Shown here in pieces: positions 58,683-64,000 of a stretch of DNA of 64,000 nucleotides; the stretch's first letter is position 1, and each line of letters begins with the position of its first letter. A program made the translations under genes and the position numbers. The stretch spans positions 1,152,001 to 1,216,000 of the forward strand of contig CBDFIQ010000002.1 in assembly GCA_965248195.1 (NCBI GenBank). Direction: 5' to 3'. The notes under the pieces are model-generated. The model was given only the letters and a program-made list of their open reading frames with translations, ran no database searches and was not told the DNA's origin. The DNA is from Longimicrobiales bacterium (GTDB taxonomy: Bacteria; Gemmatimonadota; Gemmatimonadetes; Longimicrobiales; Gaopeijiaceae).

Positions 58683-59494
58683 TTCTTTGCGTGTTCCGTT
58701 GATGGCGAGGACGTCCCTGGTGTGGATGTCCGCGCCGGATACGTGACATGATGGAGAAACAGACCCGTCGCAGGTGCGGGGGGGGAGGTCCGAAGGTCAC
58801 TGTCGGACTCTTCCAGCAGATGCCGAAGATCGTCCAGGGGTCGTTTGCCTCGTGCGATCTCCACCATCGTTCCGACCAAATACCGAACCATATGATGAAG
58901 GAAGCGGTCGGCGGTGATCCGGAATATGAGCCCGAGCGTTTCCCAGGGCTCCCAACGGGCTTCGTGCACCGTACACCGGTCCCCCCTCTCTGGCTGTCCC
59001 GATTTCGCAAACGCCTTGAAGCAATGTTTGCCCACGATCGTTTCGGCCGCGCTCCCGAGAAGCACCGCATCCAACGGCTTTGCGAGCGGCCAACACCAGT
59101 GGCGGTGGAAGGGCGACCCGGCCTCCGCAGAAAGACCGAGATGATAGAGATAAGTGCGGTTCACCGCGTCGTAGCGAGGATGGAAATCCGGGGACGCGGG
59201 CTCTACACTCTTGATCCAGATGTCGTCGGGCAGTACGGCAGATAAGGCCTTCTCGAGTTTTTCGGGCTGCCACGTATCTGGAAGGGAGGCGACCGCCACT
59301 TGGCCGGTCGCATGCACCCCGCGATCGGTTCTTCCGGATCCGATCACCGGGCGACGACAACTCGTGAGCTGCTCCAGGGCCGCCTCCAACTCCCCTTGAA
59401 CGGTGCGCTCCTCGCGCTGAATTTGCCAGCCGTGGAAGGCGGATCCATCATATTGAAGAATCAGCTTGAGGCGTTTGTCCTTCACGGCGTTCAC
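58679..59494 (-). CDS. truA: tRNA pseudouridine(38-40) synthase
   Basis: YDGSAFHGWQ, GRTDRGVHA, FHPRY, FLHHMVR, GLFL. GTG start at 59494 or 59485. Confidence 0.95.
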   Translation of the reverse strand: MNAVKDKRLKLILQYDGSAFHGWQIQREERTVQGELEAALEQLTSCRRPVIGSGRTDRGVHATGQVAVASLPDTWQPEKLEKALSAVLPDDIWIKSVEPASPDFHPRYDAVNRTYLYHLGLSAEAGSPFHRHWCWPLAKPLDAVLLGSAAETIVGKHCFKAFAKSGQPERGDRCTVHEARWEPWETLGLIFRITADRFLHHMVRYLVGTMVEIARGKRPLDDLRHLLEESDSDLRTSPPAPATGLFLHHVTYPARTSTPGTSSPSTEHAKK

Positions 59495-59500
59495 GCCCGG

Positions 59501-59528
59501 AAGGTAGGTGGGGCGCAAGCGTTGTCAA
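59501..59528 (-). promoter_or_regulatory. sigma70-type promoter for the truA-pur run
   Basis: Minus strand TTGACA (59528-59523) - N16 - TACCTT (59506-59501). Confidence 0.6.
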
Positions 59529-59572
59529 GCGACCGCAAAGGATGCCGAATCATCACCCGAACCCCGTGCTGA

Positions 59573-60637
59573 ATGAGTAAGAATTCTGCTTCTGCGCTGG
59601 AGTCTTTCGACCTCCAGACCGTGATCCAGAAGGCCGCTGGAGGCGAGCATCTCACCGGGTTCGAGGCCGAGTTCGCATTCGACGTCTTCATGGAGGGAGA
59701 GGCGTCTCCGGTGCAAATGGCCGCCCTCCTTACGGCCCTTCGCGTAAAGGGAGTCGCTCCCGTCGAGGTAGCGGGCGGTGTGAGGGCGCTCCGGAAAGCC
59801 ATGATTCCGATCGTCTCGGAGTCACCCGACGCGCTGATCGATACCTGCGGGACGGGCGGGGGCACCGTGACCACTTTTAATATTTCGACGGCCGCCGCCC
59901 TCGTCGCTCGTGGTGCAGGTGCCCGCATCGCGAAGCACGGGAACCGCTCGTTCACCTCCCGGAGCGGGAGCGCCGATGTCCTCGAGGCGTTGCAGGTCCG
60001 CATTGAGCTCAGCCCCGAGGAAATGGCTCAGGTCCTCGAAAAGGCGGGTATTGTGTTCATGTTCGCGCCGTTGCTCCATCCTGCGATGCGGCACCTGGGG
60101 CCGGTCCGCCGGGAGTTGGGTTTCCCCACGATCATGAACATCCTTGGTCCGTTGACCAACCCGGCCGGCGTGCGCCGGCAGTTGGTCGGCGTCGCCGACG
60201 CCGCGTTGGTTCCCCTCGTCGTCGAGGCCCTGAAGGAGCTCGGTCATATCCGTGCCCTCGTTGTACACGGCAAGGCGGGGCTGGACGAGCTGAGTCCGAT
60301 GGGGCCGACAGCGTTAGCCGAACTCCAGGAGGGGGCCGTGAGCCATCGGACTGTCGGCCCGGAGGACTTCGGACTGGAGGCCTGTTCGGCGGAGGAACTG
60401 GCCGGTGGAGAGCCCGAGGACAACGCGCGGATCATCCTGAGCGTGCTCGAGGGTGGTGAACGGCGAGGTGCCCGAACCGCGGTTCTCATGAATGCCGGTG
60501 CCGCACTCTACGTGGCGGACATTTCAGACACAATCGAAGACGGTATCGCTGCGGCAGCCGCAGCCATCGACGACGGGAGTGCCCTGGACGCGCTCCAGGG
60601 CCTGCGAGAGGCCAGTGGCGCTAATACTTCCGGATGA
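59573..60637 (+). CDS. trpD: anthranilate phosphoribosyltransferase
   Basis: DTCGTGG, FNIST, AKHGNRS.TSRSGSADVLE, HPAMR, LGPLTNP, GLDE. Confidence 0.96.
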   Translation: MSKNSASALESFDLQTVIQKAAGGEHLTGFEAEFAFDVFMEGEASPVQMAALLTALRVKGVAPVEVAGGVRALRKAMIPIVSESPDALIDTCGTGGGTVTTFNISTAAALVARGAGARIAKHGNRSFTSRSGSADVLEALQVRIELSPEEMAQVLEKAGIVFMFAPLLHPAMRHLGPVRRELGFPTIMNILGPLTNPAGVRRQLVGVADAALVPLVVEALKELGHIRALVVHGKAGLDELSPMGPTALAELQEGAVSHRTVGPEDFGLEACSAEELAGGEPEDNARIILSVLEGGERRGARTAVLMNAGAALYVADISDTIEDGIAAAAAAIDDGSALDALQGLREASGANTSG

Positions 60638-61229
60638 CCCCCACGACTACGCCTTGGATCTGCACGTTGCGCGCATCCTCGACGATCGGCGCCATGGAGG
60701 GGTTCGCCGGCTGAAGCCGGATTCGCCCGTCTGGTTCCCGGTACACCTTCTTCACCGTGGCTGAATCTCCGCCCACGAGCGCGACAACCATCTGGCCGTC
60801 CGAAGCGGTCTCCTGGGAGCTCACCACGATGTAGTCACCGTCCCGGATCTGCTCGTCGATCATCGACTCACCCTCGACACGAAGCACGAAGTTCTCCGCT
60901 CCGGACTTTACCATATCCGGCGGCACGGAGAGCGTCTCCTGTTGCTCGATCGCTTCGATGGGTAGCCCTGCGGCCACCGCCCCGAGGAGCGGCAGCTCGA
61001 CGGCATTTGAGCCGAAGGCCGCGCCGACCAACTCGATGGAGCGGCTCTCGTTGTAGGCCTTCCGGATATAGCCCTTGCGCTCCAGATTGCTCAGATGCTC
61101 GTGCACGGTCGCCAGGGAGGAGTACCCGAACGCCTTGGCGATTTCTTCGAAGCTCGGGGCGTACCCATTTTTTTCGATGAAGCTCTCAACATGGTCGAGG
61201 ATCTCTTTCTGTCGCTTCGTCAGGGGCAT
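60621..61229 (-). CDS. lexA: SOS repressor LexA
   Basis: LTKRQ.EIL, PSFEEI wHTH, VAAG cleavage site, GESM, ATVK. ATG at 61229 with a GAGG RBS. Confidence 0.96.
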   Translation of the reverse strand: MPLTKRQKEILDHVESFIEKNGYAPSFEEIAKAFGYSSLATVHEHLSNLERKGYIRKAYNESRSIELVGAAFGSNAVELPLLGAVAAGLPIEAIEQQETLSVPPDMVKSGAENFVLRVEGESMIDEQIRDGDYIVVSSQETASDGQMVVALVGGDSATVKKVYREPDGRIRLQPANPSMAPIVEDARNVQIQGVVVGVIRKY

Positions 61230-61254
61230 ATCGAAGACCTCTGTATGATGGGAA

Positions 61255-61297
61255 CCCGAATAAGACCCGAACAAAGAGTACCCGAACGTTGCCCGAA
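61255..61297. promoter_or_regulatory. two CCCGAA-N5-CCCGAA direct-repeat operators (candidate LexA boxes)
   Basis: CCCGAA at 61255, 61266, 61281 and 61292 (two pairs with an 11-bp period), overlapping the lexA promoter. Confidence 0.7.
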
Positions 61298-61303
61298 ATG
61301 CAA
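61275..61303 (-). promoter_or_regulatory. sigma70-type promoter of lexA
   Basis: Minus strand TTGCAT (61303-61298) - N17 - TACTCT (61280-61275). Confidence 0.65.
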
Positions 61304-61348
61304 GGCGGTAGGGCGCCGGCGTACACCCATGGTTTGTCGGTTGGCCGG

Positions 61349-62149
61349 ATGAGGCCGCCCGGGGACATCCTCAAACGAATCGTAGAGACCAAGCGGGGCG
61401 AAGTCGAAGCGTTGAGGCGAAAGTTCTTGGAACTCCGGGACCGAGCCGAGGACGCGCCACCGGTGAGAGACTTCAGCGGTTCCCTCTATGGTGGGGATGA
61501 GGTGGCGGTCATCGCTGAGATCAAGCGGCGCTCTCCGGGTGCCGGCGAGATCCGCCCGGATCTCGATCCCCTTCGTCTCGGCCTGACATATGAATCGGCA
61601 GGGGCGGCCGCACTCAGCGTTCTCACGGACGAAAAGTATTTCGGCGGTTCTCTCGGGGACCTTGCTGGAGTGCGTGGCCTCGTGGACATTCCCGTACTTC
61701 GAAAGGACTTCCTCATCGATGAGTCGCAAGTTTATGAGGCGAGAGGGGCGGGGGCGGATGCGATTCTACTCATTGTCGGCATCCTTGACGATGGGAGGCT
61801 TCGTGCGTTGAGGACGCTAGCCGAAGAGCTCGGGATGTCCGTGCTCGTGGAGGCCCATGACGGCGGGGAGGTGGAACGGGGTCTCGCCGCGGGGGCCGGC
61901 CTCCTTGGCATCAACAATCGCAACCTCCGGACGTTCGAGACGCACCTCGATGTAACCCTCTCTTTGGCGGATCGAGTCCCACCCAGCGTGGTTCTGGTCT
62001 CCGAGAGCGGGATTCACACGGCCGCCGATGTCTGCAGCGTCGGAGAGAAGGGAGTGGACGCCGTACTCGTGGGTGAGTCTCTCCTTCGCCAGGAAGATCC
62101 CGGAGCCGGCGTGACCGCTTTGGTGGGGCGGGGAAAGGCTCTGCGGTGA
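61349..62149 (+). CDS. trpC: indole-3-glycerol phosphate synthase
   Basis: IAEIKRRSP, LSVLTD, LRKDF, GINNRNL, VSESGI. ATG at 61349. Confidence 0.96.
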   Translation: MRPPGDILKRIVETKRGEVEALRRKFLELRDRAEDAPPVRDFSGSLYGGDEVAVIAEIKRRSPGAGEIRPDLDPLRLGLTYESAGAAALSVLTDEKYFGGSLGDLAGVRGLVDIPVLRKDFLIDESQVYEARGAGADAILLIVGILDDGRLRALRTLAEELGMSVLVEAHDGGEVERGLAAGAGLLGINNRNLRTFETHLDVTLSLADRVPPSVVLVSESGIHTAADVCSVGEKGVDAVLVGESLLRQEDPGAGVTALVGRGKALR

Positions 62150-62162
62150 GCCTCAGAACGAG

Positions 62163-62810
62163 ATGAGCGACCTCGGCATCAAGATCTGTGGCATTACCAC
62201 GCCGGAGGATGCCGTCGCTGCGCGACAACTCGGGGCCGATTACGTGGGCATGATTCTTTCCCAGGGCTTCCCGAGGAGCATTTTACCTGACGAGGCCGCG
62301 GATATCGGGCTGGTTGCCGAGGCACCTTTGGTGGCGGTCCTCGTGGGGGAATCTCTGGACGACGCCGAGCGCATCGCGGGGTTGTCGGGGGCGTCGGTCA
62401 TCCAGTTGCACGGTGAGGAGGACGGCGAATACATCGAGGAGTTGCGCATGCGGGGAAATTGGGCCGTTTGGAAGGCTGTTCAGGTTCGAGACCCTAAAGA
62501 TGTGATGAAGGCCGTGGAGGCCGTGGGAAGCTCCGTAGATGGCCTTCTCCTCGATGGGTGGCATTCCGACCGGCCCGGTGGTAGCGGGGTGTCGTTCTCG
62601 TGGGAGGGTGTGCGAGTGGTGCGGGACCGCATCCCGCACCATCTAAAAGTGATCGCCGCGGGAGGCCTCACTCCGGAGAATGTGGCCGATGCTGTCCAGG
62701 CTCTTCGGCCCGACATCGTCGACGTCAGCTCCGGTGTGGAGCTGCACGTTCGCCGCAAGGATCCGGAGTTGATTCGGGCGTTCGTCCGGAACGCCCGCGG
62801 GGGGGAGTGA
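62163..62810 (+). CDS. trpF: phosphoribosylanthranilate isomerase
   Basis: IKICGIT, IQLHGEE, GGSG, AGGLTPENV, DVSSGVE. Confidence 0.95.
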   Translation: MSDLGIKICGITTPEDAVAARQLGADYVGMILSQGFPRSILPDEAADIGLVAEAPLVAVLVGESLDDAERIAGLSGASVIQLHGEEDGEYIEELRMRGNWAVWKAVQVRDPKDVMKAVEAVGSSVDGLLLDGWHSDRPGGSGVSFSWEGVRVVRDRIPHHLKVIAAGGLTPENVADAVQALRPDIVDVSSGVELHVRRKDPELIRAFVRNARGGE

Positions 62811-62845
62811 GGAGGATCGACGCATGGTACTGAGGACGATGGCTG

Positions 62846-64000
62846 ATGCGGAATACCATGGAAGCTGAGGGGGAGCGATTCGGCCCGTTCGGGGGCCGGT
62901 ACGTACCCGAAACGCTCATCTCGGCTTTGGACGAACTGGGTGCCGCCTACGACGAGGCGACAGCTGATCCCGCGTTCCGCGAAGACCTCGACCTCCTACT
63001 TCGCGACTACGTGGGCCGCCCCTCTCCCCTTTACCGCGCTTCCCGATTGGAGGCCTCCGTGGATGGCCCTCCGATTTTTCTGAAACGAGAGGACCTCAAC
63101 CACACCGGTGCCCACAAGATCAACAATACGATCGGGCAAGCCCTGCTCGCCCGCCGCATGGGAAAGCCCCGAATCATCGCTGAAACGGGGGCGGGCCAAC
63201 ACGGCGTGGCCACCGCCACGGCTTGCGCGCTCTTCGATCTCGAGTGCGTCGTTTACATGGGCGAAGTCGACGTGGAGCGGCAGGCGTTGAACGTCTACCG
63301 CATGGAACTCCTCGGCGCGGAGGTCAGGCCGGTCGGATCTGGGACGCGCACGCTCAAGGACGCTACCAATGAAGCCATCCGTGATTGGGTGACCAACGTC
63401 GAAACGACGCACTACATTATCGGCTCGGTCGTCGGGCCCTCACCGTTCCCGCGCATTGTTCGTGATTTCCAAGCCGTGATCGGCCACGAGGCCCGCGAGC
63501 AGATGCTCGCTCGCACCGGAGCGCTGCCCGCAGCGATCGTGGCGTGTGTTGGCGGGGGCTCGAACGCCATGGGCATCTTCCACGCGTTTCGGGAAGACCA
63601 TGGAGTGGAGTTCATCGGCGTCGAGGCTGCGGGGGAGGGGCTCGACTCCGGAAGGCATTCCGCGACGCTTGCGGCAGGGCGGCCAGGCGTGCTTCATGGG
63701 GCCATGAGCTACCTCCTGCAGGATAGGGACGGTCAAGTAGCCCCGGCGCACTCGATCTCCGCGGGTCTCGACTACCCGGGTGTCGGACCCGAGCACTCTA
63801 GGACACAGGGCGCGCTCGTTATGTATCCGTCACGGATGAGGAGGCCCTGGCGGCGTTTCACGGGTTGTCCGATTTGGAGGGAATCACTCCTGCGCTAGAG
63901 AGCGCGCACACCATTGCTTATGTCCTGAAGATTGCGCCCGAATCCAGGGAGCACGGACCACTCTTGGTGTGCCTGAGCGGTAGGGGGGACAAGGACGTCG
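62846..64000 (+). pseudogene. trpB: tryptophan synthase beta chain, frameshifted at about 63800 (continues past the window end)
   Basis: [23 protein letters not shown] and [14 protein letters not shown] lie in one frame. The conserved C-terminus (DTGR..Y...TDEEAL...LEGI.PALESAH...LSGRGDKDV) is in another frame from 63802. Identity as trpB is secure; whether it is a true pseudogene or an assembly error is not. Confidence 0.75.

Noticed and set aside
59544..59573. GCCGAA / CCCGAA / GCTGAA upstream of trpD as another LexA box
   Set aside because: The period is 12 bp rather than 11, and two of the half-sites are degenerate.
62810..62868. 14-codon ORF ([14 protein letters not shown]) with a GGAGG RBS and a CATGGTA/TACCATG inverted repeat before trpB, as an attenuator
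   Set aside because: No Trp codons, no terminator/antiterminator pair, and the position is internal to the operon.
1..64000. tRNA, rRNA, IS elements, prophage or defence systems
   Set aside because: No recognisable sequences. Intergenic gaps are short and mostly explained by promoters and terminators.

Overview
High-GC, gene-dense bacterial core-genome window. From gene content and order I infer Gemmatimonadota, but this is unverified. It contains, in order: a PAS histidine kinase (5'-truncated); an FbpC-like ABC ATPase with a Fur-like box; glpD and glpQ; a divergent pair (small membrane protein and DUF4097 protein) with twin ECF-sigma-type promoters; a TPR protein; and the dcw cluster (mraZ to ftsZ, no murB or ddl) continuing into an M23 peptidase, a VWA-like membrane protein, ftsY, recG and asnS. 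Next come an SGNH hydrolase, a GT-C-like membrane protein, mazG, then alr, a lipoprotein, an outer-membrane barrel, mtaB, miaB, a lapA-like gene, comEC and fbp. A minus-strand run follows: truA-tal/fsa-htrA-purB-purC-psd-pssA-purS-purQ-purL-purF. The window ends with trpD, an inverted lexA, trpC, trpF and a frameshifted trpB. I found no rRNA, tRNA, CRISPR array or mobile element. The most notable signals are non-coding or sub-genic: a candidate direct-repeat LexA box (CCCGAA-N5-CCCGAA) sitting on the lexA promoter and echoed upstream of the dcw promoter, inverted MraZ-box arrays flanking the dcw promoter, twin ECF promoters, a (GTGGAC)17 tract inside mtaB, an SxN-to-SxS change in FtsI, and an apparent 7-nt deletion in trpB. 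All product calls come from recognising motifs by eye; no database search was run.
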